Shown: positions 13,835 to 27,122 of the stretch, piece after piece
Layout: every line of letters starts with the position of its first letter
Position numbering within the stretch: position 1 is the first letter of the stretch
NCBI GenBank assembly: GCA_951406725.2
Contig: OX597826.1
Location: 49,600,001 to 49,664,000 of the forward strand
DNA length: 64,000 nt
Source: Octopus vulgaris
Taxonomy: Eukaryota
Direction: 5' to 3'
The notes under the pieces: model-generated
Database searches by the model: none
Seen by the model: only the letters and a program-made list of their open reading frames with translations
Told to the model about the DNA's origin: nothing
Program-made: the position numbers and the translations under genes

Positions 13835-13900
13835 CACTCGTCAGCGGAAGTCGTCTGCTCCGACCGGAAAGGTCGTCTGCTACCACAAATGGTGGAGGTG
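13835..13900. promoter_or_regulatory. Candidate cis-regulatory element: CpG-rich islet with duplicated CGGAA..GTCGTCTGCT module
   Basis: GTCGTCTGCT at 13850-13859 and 13872-13881, each preceded by an ETS-like CGGAA, in otherwise CpG-poor DNA. Confidence 0.35.
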
Positions 13901-14552
13901 GGGTACATTACTTTTTCGTTTGTTTATTTTCTTTTCATTTCACTTTGTTAAGTTTATTTCCTCTGGAGTATTTTCCTCTGACTATTTCTTCTTTTTTTTC
14001 TTTACATTTATGTAAAGAATTTATGTATTTCTTATCCATTTTGTATGTTGATTTACCAATTATTTGATTAAACTAAATTGATCAATTTCTTTTGGTTTCA
14101 TTATTTTCTTCTTTTCCTCTACGTTGCACATGGATCTCTGTTCGTTTATACATTATATCGTATTATATTATATTATATTATATTATATTATATTATATTA
14201 TATTATATTATATTTATTTGTGTATTCATTGCTTTGGGGTCCGGTGATGATTCTGTTCATTATCCATTTTTTACTTCAAACTAATCTTTAAATTACTTTC
14301 TTTTTATTTGGTTCTATACCACTCTGTCTTCATCCTAAAATTCCTCTTCCCTACCTCCTCCACCGCCTCTCCTCTTTCTTCGTTTTCTCCTCCCCCCCTT
14401 CTATTCTTAATAATTTCTTTCCTTCCCATTCTCATTCCTTTAGTATTACTTTATCTCATTCCCTTAACTTTTTTCTTCCTTCAAGTCTTCTTCGTGTCCA
14501 TGTCTTTTTTTTTTACATTCAATCAGTCCCTTAAGATGTGCATTATATTCCG

Positions 14553-14716
<164 letters not shown>

Positions 14717-14945
14717 GTTTCCATCCTTTTATTTATTTCATTATTTTCTAATAAAACAAACTAATTTCTGTTTGTTCAATATTCGGGGAACATTGCTTAA
14801 ATCGATAAATCCTTTTAAAATGTTGTTTATAAGAACAACTGCAGCAACCACATTCAACACAAAGGCGACCGTATAAGTTTCTAAGCATGCCTATGTATAT
14901 GTGTGCATATATATATATATTTGTGTGTGTACATATATGTATGCG

Positions 14946-15004
<59 letters not shown>

Positions 15005-15080
15005 GAATATACATATATACACATATATGTATACTCACACGCGTATACTCACACATATAATATACAAGCACATCTCTACG

Positions 15081-15141
<61 letters not shown>

Positions 15142-15245
15142 GTGCATAGATGCATATGTAAATATGTGTGAATGAGTATATGTGCTTATATATCCACATA
15201 TACATTATATACATATATACATATATGCATAGATGCATATACATG

Positions 15246-15308
<63 letters not shown>

Positions 15309-15389
15309 GTGGGTGATCCGAAATGCTGAAGTTAGCAATAATGATGGAATTGTTGTGAAAGTAGTAACGATGGCTGCAACGGTAGAAGA

Positions 15390-16119
15390 AATCAGAAGCA
15401 ACAACAACAACAATAACAACAACATCGACAACAACAAGAACTACAACAACAGGCCCAATGACTATATAAATCCACAACAATAACAACTATTGCGAAAATC
15501 TCAAATACTGATAGCAACAATAACATGATAAGGAATAGGATGAAGATAATGGCGACGATGAAGGAATATAGGGAGACTGTAACGACAAAAAAACAAAAAT
15601 AAAAAACTGCAACGATGATTTGAATACCACTGTTGGTATCGCCCCATACCAGTACTACTACTGCTACTGCTACTGCTAATGCTAATGTTAATACTAATAC
15701 TACTAATACAATAATTACTACTAAAAACATTGTTATTGTATATTGAAATAATAGTAATGATAATGGAAATGATAACATGAATAATAGTAATAAAAATAAG
15801 AAGAATAACAGTTGCTAGAATAAGAATGGAAATTAGAATGATAGCAATAATAGCAACAACAATAATTTTATTGGTAATAACATTACTGACAATTTTAATA
15901 ATAATAACAATAATAGTGATGATAATCAAAGTAATAAAAATAGCAATAATAATAACACTAATAATGATTATAATAACAACAACAACAACAACAACAATAA
16001 TAATGATAATAATATTAATAATAACAATAATAATAACAATAATAATAATAATAATAGAAATAACAACACAACAGCAACAACAGCAACAACAACAACAATA
16101 ATAATAATAATGCTGATTA

Positions 16120-16181
<62 letters not shown>

Positions 16182-16216
16182 ATGATGATGATGATGATGA
16201 TGATGATAATAAGAAC

Positions 16217-16269
<53 letters not shown>

Positions 16270-16277
16270 TGATAATG

Positions 16278-16319
<42 letters not shown>

Positions 16320-16345
16320 GTAATAATAATAATGATAATAATAAT
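15390..16345. repeat. Compound AAT/AAC/AGT/GAT low-complexity tract
   Basis: Direct reading. Confidence 0.9.
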
Positions 16346-16849
16346 CGTTTACAAAAGCACAACAATGTAGAATGTATTATGTCATCATCTTGTTGGAAAT
16401 TCTCGAATAAACACGGGGACAATTGTAAAGCAGAAAATCAATTAAAACTGACCGATTATCATTATTATTCTTATCATTGTTGTTGTTGCTGTTGTTGTTG
16501 TTGTTATTAGGAAAGGGGGGAAAAAGCAACAAAAGACAAAAAACATAAACAGAGATAAGATTTTGATGAAATCAGTTTAGCATTGCAACACGGGTAATGA
16601 GATAACTGATTGGACCTAGCACGTGACATTGAGAATTATTATCTTATAAAGATAAGTAGAATTCATTGGGAGGAATTTTTTTAGTTTCAGTTTTTACTTT
16701 ATTTTATTGTATTTTGTCTTTTTTTTTTTTTTGTTTAAATTGTTTAGGTTGATGGATTTCTCGTTGAATTTGAATTTGCCAGATTAAATTATTTGAAATA
16801 TATACGTCTAGTGTTGTGCATCTACCCTAGTGGTGAAGAACCTTTTTAC

Positions 16850-16911
<62 letters not shown>

Positions 16912-17064
16912 TATTTAGAGCAAATATTAAGAAAGGACACGTGAAACCGCATCTGCATTAAGCAAAGTAAGGCGCTTTTGATTTTAGAAATTAAAGGGTT
17001 TTTTTTTAGTTTTATTTTATATTTTATGTTATTTATTTCTTTATTTTTGGTAGGAGTTGTAGTT

Positions 17065-17420
17065 ATTAAACCAGGAAGAAGGAGCAGCACCCTTGAGCCT
17101 TGTAAATAGTTCGAGACTGGTAGTTCGTTTAAACTGTTGCAGGCCAACACCTACACGAAAGACATGGGCGAGGAGAAGATTCCAGAGGGACTGATGTTCT
17201 GGGGTGGAGGATGATTGAGTAAGAGGCTAGTGCGGAGCCGGGAATGGTGATGGATGCAGCAAAGGGGACGAAGTGGAGAGGCAAGTGGATCGGAGTAACC
17301 AGAGTGGTGGAGATACGAGACCAACCAGCTCCAAGGAGCAGAAGTTATAATAATAATAGAAAAGGCAGAGGCGCGATAGCACGCCTGTGAACCAGGGGTT
17401 GAAATACGTCACGCCAATTA
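17065..17420 (-). pseudogene. CR1/L2-group LINE 3' end remnant
   Basis: Minus strand LCLFYYYYNFCSLELVGLVSPP and LWNLLLAHVF...LQQFK resemble the CR1-group ORF2 C-terminus. Confidence 0.65.
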
Positions 17421-17713
17421 TCCGAATCTATGATGGCTCTATGTGTAAGCAACAGTTACTTAGCCCTCGAAAAATCGGTATAGGCTCCAATTTAATGAGC
17501 CAAAACATTCGAGATAGACTTTAAATTATTTTGCAACTGCTAGATCTGACCTATAACGCAACAACTATAAACAACAACTATAAGGACACCCACCAACTCT
17601 GTACTAACAGAAACTTTACTGAAACATCACCAAAATTCCTCGGCGTAAGTGAAAGCATCTGCTGCTGCAATTCTGGTTGTCGTTGTTGCAGTAACTGTTG
17701 TTGTTGCTACGTG

Positions 17714-17950
17714 AAGGCGCAGAACCTAGTCGTAAGGGTGTTGCACTCATGATCGCTTATCGGTGGTTTCCATTATCAGTCCGAACAGCACTTGTGCTCT
17801 TGAACAAAACATTTAATTTTGTATTACTTTAGTTCACGTAGAAGTTAACCCTACGATGCGACCGCTGTCCTGTTCAGATGATATGAGGAGGGGGGGGCTT
17901 GTAATCTTAGTCACTTACGCGCCATGGTAACTCGGTTAAACTCCAGTTTT
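17714..17950 (+). mobile_element. Old tRNA-derived SINE with V-domain-like 3' part
   Basis: tRNA-like head, TTGTGCTCTTGAACAAAACA, then AACCCTACGATGCGACCGCTGTCCTGTTCAG; head resembles 43275-43560. Confidence 0.4.
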
Positions 17951-19015
17951 ATAAATTCAACACCTTAAGACATGCTTAATTTATCATTTTTGTTGTTGCT
18001 TAAGCCTATGTCAGCTCTAATAGAGCAAACCTATCATCAAAGTCATCCCGGTTCCAGCTGTGACCACCTAGACTTTTTATTTACAGATAAATAGGTCTAC
18101 AATATCAAATATTTTCTTTTGCTCAATCGTATGGCCCCTGGGGGTCCTACACTACTTTTGAGGTCCTCGCAAGCAAAACAACAAACTGGGGATCCACAGT
18201 AGTATTTTAAGGGTCCATGAATAAATTCGGTCTTAGATGTATTTTTTGCAAGAAACGGTTGTATTTCCTGCTCTAACGCTTAATATACTTCAACACGTAC
18301 CCAGTCACAGAAACATGTTCACTCAGTGAGTTCTACTGCAAACCCACACAAGTGAACGGGGGTAAAACCAAATAGGAATTCTGAAAGAAGTATCTATAAA
18401 ACTAATTTTTAAACATCGAATGGTTATGGGATCCGCTAGAACAAAATAGTAATCAAAGAGGTCCATAGATAAAAAAATATATATAGTTGAGAAACTCTGT
18501 TCTTGACGACAGAGGGGTAATTCACAAGGAGACAAAATAGCAATTAAAACAAGAACAAAAGAGTAATCAAAGCAGTCCATAGATAAAAAAAAATAGTTTA
18601 GAAGCTCTGTGCTAGACAGCAGAGGGTGGTTGGTCTGGAGGCAATTTAGCTGTTATTTCTAAGAAATCTAATGACGACGTACCGATTACTCTGTTGACTC
18701 GTACGTCAACCGTTTCTTTTCAATAGGACAAAACGTGTGTGCAATTGTGCGCAGCTCATTTATAGTGAAACAGCGTCATCGAGAACACTTCATCTATTAT
18801 TGAGGACTCTTAATCCTACTTGAACAAATCAGTTAAACACTCAATGAAGCAATGAATTTATCTAACAACTCTTACATCCACACAATCATCCGATAACATT
18901 ACCATTTCCACACAAAGCCTACAGTCTTTCTTGCCTTTCTCACACATACTTACACACACTCTCTCACTCTCTATCTAACTATCTCTCTCTCTCTCTCTCT
19001 CTAACTATCTCTCTC

Positions 19016-19054
<39 letters not shown>

Positions 19055-19629
19055 CCTCTCTCATTTTCTCTCTTAAACTCTCACACGCTATATTTCTCTT
19101 AAATTTCTCTCTTTTTCTCATTTTCTCTCTTGCTCTCTTTCCCACTTTCTTGCTCCTTTTTTCCTCTCTCTCTCTTACTCTCTCTCTCTCTTACTCTCTC
19201 TCTCTCACTTTCTCTCTCTCTCCCTCTCTCTATTTCTGTCTCTTTCTCTCTCATCTTATTTCTTTCTCCTCAATTCCTAGATATTCGTTTACTGATTTCA
19301 ATTTATCCAATACTCCATTGCATTTTGTTCTTTCTTAAACACACACTCACTAGCTACCACCCTCCCATTTCGCCAAAAACATACACACACACTCATACTC
19401 ACACACATACACACAAACATGCATGTGGGCACACATTAATGCACGCATATACATACGTGCATAGTTACATACGTACATATATGTCTGCATATACATGGAC
19501 AAGTAAACACTATATATACGCATACATACACTTACACATACGCACAAATGCGCTTACGTACACAGATACTAAGAGACGAAGACGGAGAGAATGATGTGCA
19601 GATATATCTATGACAGACAGACAGACAGG

Positions 19630-19681
<52 letters not shown>

Positions 19682-19689
19682 GTTAAAAC

Positions 19690-19841
19690 ATTGGATGTGC
19701 GGTAAGAAGCTTGCTTCCCAACCACATGGTTCCAGGTTCAGTCCCACTGCGTGGCATCTTGGGCAAGTGTCTTCAACTATAACCTCGGGTCGACCAAAGC
19801 TTTGTGAGTGGACTTGGTCGACGGAAACTGAAAGAAACCTA

Positions 19842-19884
<43 letters not shown>

Positions 19885-20374
19885 GCGAGAAAGAAGCAAC
19901 AAGAATGGATAAGTTTTTAGTACAATCGTTTCATACAAAGACAGGCTTTATTAAAAGTTGCAAAAATTGCAGCATATAAACGTGTCCCGTACTCATCAGC
20001 TAAAATACATGTGAGTTCTCTAGACATCTTAGTGGTTGAGGCTATACTCATGAAGTAATGTAGATAATTAAGTAACATAAACAGATTTCCAAAGTTCATT
20101 AAAGTTCTTTAAAGATGATGCACAGTCTTATCACAGATTTTTTAAAAAGTTTTAATAGCATCACAGAGAAGGTGATTTAATCCATAGTGTACATATGAAT
20201 TTCCAGAGATATCCGCTTCATCGGGGAATTACCTCCCTTTGCAGGATAAGGACACCGTGACGGTGTCTAGCCTTTCTGGTGACGTCGATGTTCGCCTGGG
20301 GCTAAATGCAACAGTAACACCCCCACCACCCTGCCCTGTCCCTAGCCATATTCAGATGGCTTTAGTCCCTTATG

Positions 20375-20407
<33 letters not shown>

Positions 20408-20590
20408 TATATTTGTGTGTCTGTGTTTGTCCCCCACCATCACTTGACAACCGATGTTGGTGCGTTTACGTTCCCATAACTTAGCGGTTCGGCAAAAGTG
20501 ACGGATAGAATAAGTACTAGGCTTACGAAGAATAAATCGTGGGGTCGATTTGTTCGATTAAAGGCGGTGCTCCAGTAAAAGAATAAAAGA
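19690..20590 (+). mobile_element. Family B SINE split at its internal (TA)n by an insertion of about 490 bp
   Basis: 5' half 19690-19840; 3' half 20410-20590 (TTGACAACCGATGTTGG...GGGGTCGATTTG...). Confidence 0.8.
19915..20005 (-). ncRNA. Type I hammerhead ribozyme with extended stem II
   Basis: Minus strand TTTTAG-CTGATGA-GTAC...GTAT-GAAA-CGATT-GTA-CTAAAA: perfect 6-bp stem I, intact core, GUA cleavage triplet. Confidence 0.75.
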
Positions 20591-20869
20591 ATATATATAT
20601 AAATATATATCAAGTCAACAGATGAGATCCAGAGTTACTCCATATAGAAAACAGAAGCGCTCAAATGATTTGAACTTACACTCAGAAGCCTTTACCGTGC
20701 ACCAAGTCTGCGAGGTAAAGTGTGGCTATAAGAGGAATCCAGATGAGCAGATATGGAGACAATGATGCAAATGAACAAATAAAGCTGCTTGAGTTTCATG
20801 TACAAAATATATATACATGTATACATGCAGAGAGAAAGCAAAATCTAAAAACTCTCAGACGATGAATGT

Positions 20870-21236
20870 TCATGTATAAATACGAGCAAAACACCCCCCG
20901 TCCAACGGACGGTGCTGAGTTGTCAAACATTTAAACCAAATTTTCTCAAAACAACTTGTCTGACCGTCCCATAGACAATTTGATAAACACTGATTTAACT
21001 TAAATTTGAAACACCTGCAAAATAAGAAATAAAGATAGACTTTTTTTCTATTCCAAAGAGAAACGGCTTTATCGATCGCATCTTTACCTGGAATCGATTT
21101 TTGTAATTTTTTCAAGACTTATACACGCCCTGATACCGTTGGTATCTACATATCAAATTTGAACGCAATCGATTGGAGGATGTTCAAGATCCTAGAAGAC
21201 ACACAGACACACAGAACAGGTTTTATATAATAGATA
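20870..21236 (+). mobile_element. Non-autonomous Helitron/Helentron-like element
   Basis: Subterminal hairpin CCGTCC-AAC-GGACGG; 3' end CAAATTTGAACGCAATCG...ACAGACAC...TTTTATATAATAGAT resembles HINE/Lep1-like ends. Confidence 0.45.
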
Positions 21237-21254
21237 TATATTACTTCTACGTTC

Positions 21255-21805
21255 ATGTGCTTAAATCATTTTTCCATGACTTGTGTATGTATTTCTTTCT
21301 AATGGTATTCCCCTGGATCACTTGGATCTCCTGGATCGGTCAGGCTGTTTGATGCCGAGTCGGCTCCGCTAGCCTCAACATTTGCTCCATTCCCTTCGTG
21401 CTCTCGCCATTCTACACCACGTTGTCCCTAACACCTTTCTTAATTAGATGTTGTAATACCATCAGACCTTTCTTAAAGGTCTAATGGTATTACAACATCT
21501 AATTCTCGACATTTTAAACTTTCCAACCCTTGATAATGATGTCCGGACGGTTTGCTGTTATTTCTCAGTCTCCATGAAGAGGCATATCATATATTATGGT
21601 GGCGTTCTTATTTTCCATGAATGCTTCCGGTTAATGATCATAACATTTCTAAGTGGTCTTAATATATTCATTTCAGGCCTTCCAGTGAATGTATTCTGCT
21701 GCCTTGTGACGTTGGATGTATCCTATCTTAGAAAGTTTTAGGCTGCCAGAGACAAGACGACCAATTGTTTCTTCGGGCTTGCTACATATCCTGTATTGGA
21801 GTTGG
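21255..21805 (-). pseudogene. R4/Dong-type LINE 3' fragment (decayed zinc knuckle and restriction-like endonuclease)
   Basis: Minus strand YRICSKPEETIGRLVSG...YIQRHKAAEYIHW...EITANRPDIII...LDVVIPLD...IQEIQ; abuts (TTA)n. Confidence 0.8.
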
Positions 21806-21821
21806 TTGTCGTTTATTATTG

Positions 21822-21885
<64 letters not shown>

Positions 21886-22202
21886 TACTATTATTATTAG
21901 CTGGTCCCGTATCGTCCATAATGACGGCTAATTGTAGTGTTTTATATATAACTAAGGTACAAAATAAGGTACATGATAATCACACATACAAACATTCACA
22001 TACTTCCCTTGTACACGCACACGCATACACACGGATACTCACACAAAATTGAAACGCTGTTTGATTTTTCTTTTCAGCGTTGAATGTTCACCACCCTATT
22101 TCCAGTTTGATATCACCCCTTCCTTCCTTATTCCTCTATCACCCCTTCCTTTCTCATTCAAATGTTGTGGCGGAGAAGGACACAAGAGTATTATTATAGT
22201 AG

Positions 22203-22249
<47 letters not shown>

Positions 22250-22256
22250 GATGATG

Positions 22257-22329
<73 letters not shown>

Positions 22330-22518
22330 GCACACATGGCGAAATGCTTAGCAGCATTTAATCCGTCTTTACGTTCTGAGTTCAAATTCCGCCGAGGTCG
22401 ACTTTGCCCTTCATCCTTTCGGGGGTCAATGAATTAAGTGCCTGTGAAGCACTGGAGTCGATCTGATCGACTGGTCCCCTCCCCACAAATTTCAGACCTT
22501 GTACCTTTAGTAGAAAGG

Positions 22519-22520
<2 letters not shown>
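22330..22520 (+). mobile_element. Family A SINE (older tail type) embedded in (TTA)n
   Basis: B box GAGTTCAAATTCC, central domain, tail CCTTTAGTAGAAAGGATTATT. Confidence 0.85.
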
Positions 22521-22584
<64 letters not shown>

Positions 22585-22802
22585 GTTATTATTACTGTTG
22601 TTGTTGTTGTTGTTGTATAATATTTATTATTACTTTTTCTGCGTCCTTTGTGAATTCGGATTCTATGTAAAAATATTCCAAACTAAACGCAAAGACCAAG
22701 AAAATATATGTACATAAAAAGAAATAAATGAATGAATGAATAACAACAACAACAACAATAATAGTAATAATACCAACAACAACAATGATGATAATAATAA
22801 TA

Positions 22803-22878
<76 letters not shown>

Positions 22879-23137
22879 TAATAATAATAATAGGGAAACA
22901 AGACAGGCGCACGTTGTCTTCGATTACAACAGAAGTATTTTGTCAGGAAGAGGATAAATCGATAGGAATCGAAGACTGATTATTATAGCAATTGTAAGAA
23001 CTGATACATTGCTTCTTTGGCCATTGAAATGGGTGGCACGTGACTTCATTGTTTTCACTTGTTTTCTTGTCATCCGCTATCATTATCGTAGTCGTTGCCG
23101 TTGTTATCGCCAGCAATTTCATCATCATCACCATCAC

Positions 23138-23198
<61 letters not shown>

Positions 23199-23245
23199 GT
23201 TATCACTATTATTATATTTATTATTGTTGTTCTTGTTGTTGTTGC

Positions 23246-23355
<110 letters not shown>

Positions 23356-23666
23356 GTTGTTGTTGCTGCTGTTGTTGTTGTTACTGTTGTTGTCGTCGTT
23401 GTCGTCATTGTTAAGGCAATGGACAAGCAGAAACGTTAAAGCACCGGGGAACAAAAGAACGCCATATGATATTTAGTTTCGTCTCTTTAAGTTCTGAGTT
23501 CAATTCCTGCCGAGGCCAACTTCAACTTTCACCCCTCCGGCTGCCAATGAAGTTCGGGGTTCAGTACAATCAATTACACCCGTCCCCTCCTCCCCACTAG
23601 TTACCTTTGACCAGTAGTTGAGTAACCAGACGACAACCATCATTCCTACCACCAACATCATTATTA

Positions 23667-24231
23667 CGAGGGTGAGTCAAAAAGTAATGCCATTTTGTTT
23701 AGGACAGTTATAATTACCAACACAGGAACATGTATTATGCATCAAAATGAAGCTAGTCCTCTGTGGATCACATCCCTACTTCTCAACATAGTCACCGTTT
23801 CTTTCACTAGCAATGTTTCACATTCGAATGAGAGCATGTATCCCTGCCCCATAAAATTCTGTTGACTTCTTTGAGCCACTTCTTCACAACAGTTTTCCTT
23901 TCCTCGTCACTGGAATAATGTCTGCCTCTCAAACCCTCTTTCATGGGGCTGAAGAGATGATAGTCCAGTGACGATGATATTCCAGTGACGAGGAAGTGAA
24001 AACCTGTAGTCAAGAAGTAGCTCAAAGAACAGTCAACAGAATTTTACGAGGTAGGGATACATGCTCTCATTCGAAGGTGGAACATTACTATTGAGAGAAA
24101 CGATAACTATGTTGAGAAATAGGGATGTGATCTACAGAAGACCAGCTTCCTTTTGATGTATGATACATGTTCCTGTGTTGGTAATTATACCTGTCCTAAA
24201 CAAAATGGTATTACTTTTTGACTCACCCTCG
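23667..24231. mobile_element. Palindromic mariner derivative made of two inverted 3' ends
   Basis: TA flanks; TIR CGAGGGTGAGTCAAAAAGTAAT at both ends; both arms encode the C-terminus (LRGRHYSSDEE; EFYEVGIHALIRRW...NYVEK*). Confidence 0.9.
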
Positions 24232-24381
24232 TATCAATACCACATCACTATCATCATCACAGTCGCCATCACTACCAACATCACATACCATCTAAAGTAC
24301 CACCACTACTATCCCCATGACAACGGTCACTAATAACGATACTACCACCATCACAACCATCGAATGCTACTGCTGCTGCTG

Positions 24382-24447
<66 letters not shown>

Positions 24448-24944
24448 TCAACAAAACACCATACAATTTCCACCACTACCATCACCACACCCATTAGAAC
24501 CCGCCACCCCCAACTAATACCATCATCGCCATCAACACTCCACCACTTCGGCTTCCATCATTGCTACGCCTTCAACCAATCATCACTACTCACACTACTA
24601 CCTTCCTTGACTACTTAAGCTAACACCACCACCACCACCACTATAGCCATTACCATCACAACCAACTAAATTGCCACGCTCACCACACTGCCACCATCAC
24701 CACTAATAACACTACCGTCAACATCACCGCAGCCGCCCTACCTCTACCACTACTATTACTACCAACACTGCACCTACCATAGCAACAGCAACTCCAGCAT
24801 CCACACATCATCTCTATCAACAACAAGGTCCCCACTTCAGTTATGAATGACCATGGGATTGCACCTCGAAAGTTACCATCCGAGGCACAAGTTCGGCCAT
24901 GGTTGTTTATGGAAGACCAGCAGTCACCCACGTACTTGTTGATT

Positions 24945-25135
24945 ACATCGACCCCAGTATTTGACTGGCCCTTATTTTATTGACCTCGATAAAACAAGTA
25001 CTAGTAGAAATTTGTTTTATTGGGATGAAAGGTAAAGTAGACCTCTGCGAAATTTGAACTTACAACATAAAGACTGACGAAATGTCGTTAAATATTTTGT
25101 CCCGCTCAGTAACAATTCTACCACATCACCACATT
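24945..25135 (-). mobile_element. Diverged family A SINE
   Basis: GATTACATCGACCCCAG...GGATGAAAGGTAAAGTAGACCTC...ATTTGAACT. Confidence 0.7.
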
Positions 25136-25230
25136 CTCCATCACTATCAATAAACAGTGATACGTCACGAACTTTCAGATCCATTCTGTTTTTTTTTTGT
25201 TTTTTTATTACATTTGTTTACGCGACCCCA

Positions 25231-25510
25231 TTCCTTATTGAAGCCGGCCACCATGGCTTTCCAGTTAGATCGGTGCGCTATTTCCTGCAGAAGGTAAGTG
25301 AGGAACTCAGGCAACTGAATAAAGCTACCAAGGAGATATGCATAGCAGTTGAAACCAGCTCAAGTTGGCTGTGGTCGATAAGAGAGCGCCAGTGGAAACC
25401 TTCCGTAGGTTAGGACTAGTTCAAACGTCGTGTGCCCACACAAGCGAAGCGCACCAGTTAAGAGGCGAAATACTTATGACCCCTCGGATACCTGTTGATG
25501 ACACGGAAAA
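25231..25510 (+). pseudogene. HERO/NeSL-type LINE 3' end (endonuclease C-terminus plus 3' UTR)
   Basis: 25231-25413 reads FLIEAGHHGFPVRSVRYFLQK...ATKEICIAVETSSSWLWSIRE, fitting the EVGCRGF...AE.SS.WLW C-terminal motif. Confidence 0.7.
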
Positions 25511-25849
25511 TTTTACAACATTGCGATGGATTCAGAAGCGCTTGTAAAACCTGTGTGAGCAGCTCCTACAGTTTCTGTATTAGCTAAAGCATATCCGTTC
25601 GTTATTTCGTTCACTTATTCCACCTGTTGAAGGTTTTCGTGTTTCGAAGTTTTTCTTCAGCCGTCCTCTCAAACAAATATATATCACACTTATATTTATT
25701 CTTATATCTTTTGTGTACATCACAATTATGAGGTCATTCGTTTGAACCCACTTCGTGGCATCTTGAGCAATGTTTCTTCTTACTCTATACACGAATCGAC
25801 TCAACACTTGCCAGTAGAACTGGATTAATGGAAATAGTGACTGGGAAAA

Positions 25850-25936
<87 letters not shown>

Positions 25937-26439
25937 GCTCCTATACAGTCTAACGACTGGCCATATGGAAAATTAAAAATAAGAAATAAGAAAAAAAAAA
26001 AAGAAATTCCCATTATTATTGTCCGTTTGAAAAATAATTTTGTGATGGCTTCAGTGATACTAAAAATTCTATAGGCAATTTCTAATGCCTAGTTAGTTTG
26101 CACCCACCCTATGTGTGTATATACATACATGTATGTATGTATGTATGTATGTATGTATGTATGTATGTATGTATGTATGTATGTACGTATGTATGAAATC
26201 AACATATGAGAGCGAAAGAATCTCAGTACAGAAAACACTCATTAGAGCTCAAATGATTTGAATCCCACGGACACCAAAGAATTCCTAAAGTAAATCCAGT
26301 AGCATATGCATTACTGCTGGTGTTAACATCAGATAGCCAATTACACTGGACGGGATTTAAACAGCGGATTAAAATGTTCATATCCGAATATAAATATAAT
26401 TTTAACTGGGTCATCGCCTTGAAGAAATTTTAGGCGATT

Positions 26440-26583
26440 TAACCCCAGTGCTTTTTTTTTTCTTTTAAGCCCAGTATTTATTCTATTGATGCCTGTTGCC
26501 GAACCGCTAATGTATGGGCATGTAAACTCTCCAACACTGGTTGTCAAGTCTTGGTGGTTGGACAAACATAGACACAAGCACAC

Positions 26584-26621
<38 letters not shown>

Positions 26622-26639
26622 ACACACACAAACACACAC

Positions 26640-26722
<83 letters not shown>

Positions 26723-26775
26723 ACGGACTTCTTTCAGTTTCCGTCCACCAAATCCATTCCCATAGCTTTGTGATT
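26440..26775 (-). mobile_element. Family B SINE with internal (CA)n(TA)n
   Basis: TTGCCGAACCGCTAA...GGTTGTCAAG...CTTCTTTCAGTTTCCGTC. Confidence 0.75.
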
Positions 26776-26784
26776 AGGAAGCAA

Positions 26785-26844
<60 letters not shown>

Positions 26845-27046
26845 GGAATGCATGAATAAATATACATAAGTAAATAACTGTATATATGTGCATATATATA
26901 TATATATACGTATATATACAAACATGTATGCATAAGATACATACAAACACGTATATACATTACATATATTCATATATACATATATCTATATACATATGCG
27001 TAGACACACATGCTTATGTGTGAGTGTGTGAGTGTGTGTGTGTGCG

Positions 27047-27122
<76 letters not shown>

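Noticed and set aside
25285-25300. Strong splice donor AAG|GTAAGT
   Set aside because: It lies within the HERO-type LINE coding remnant with no supported upstream exon.
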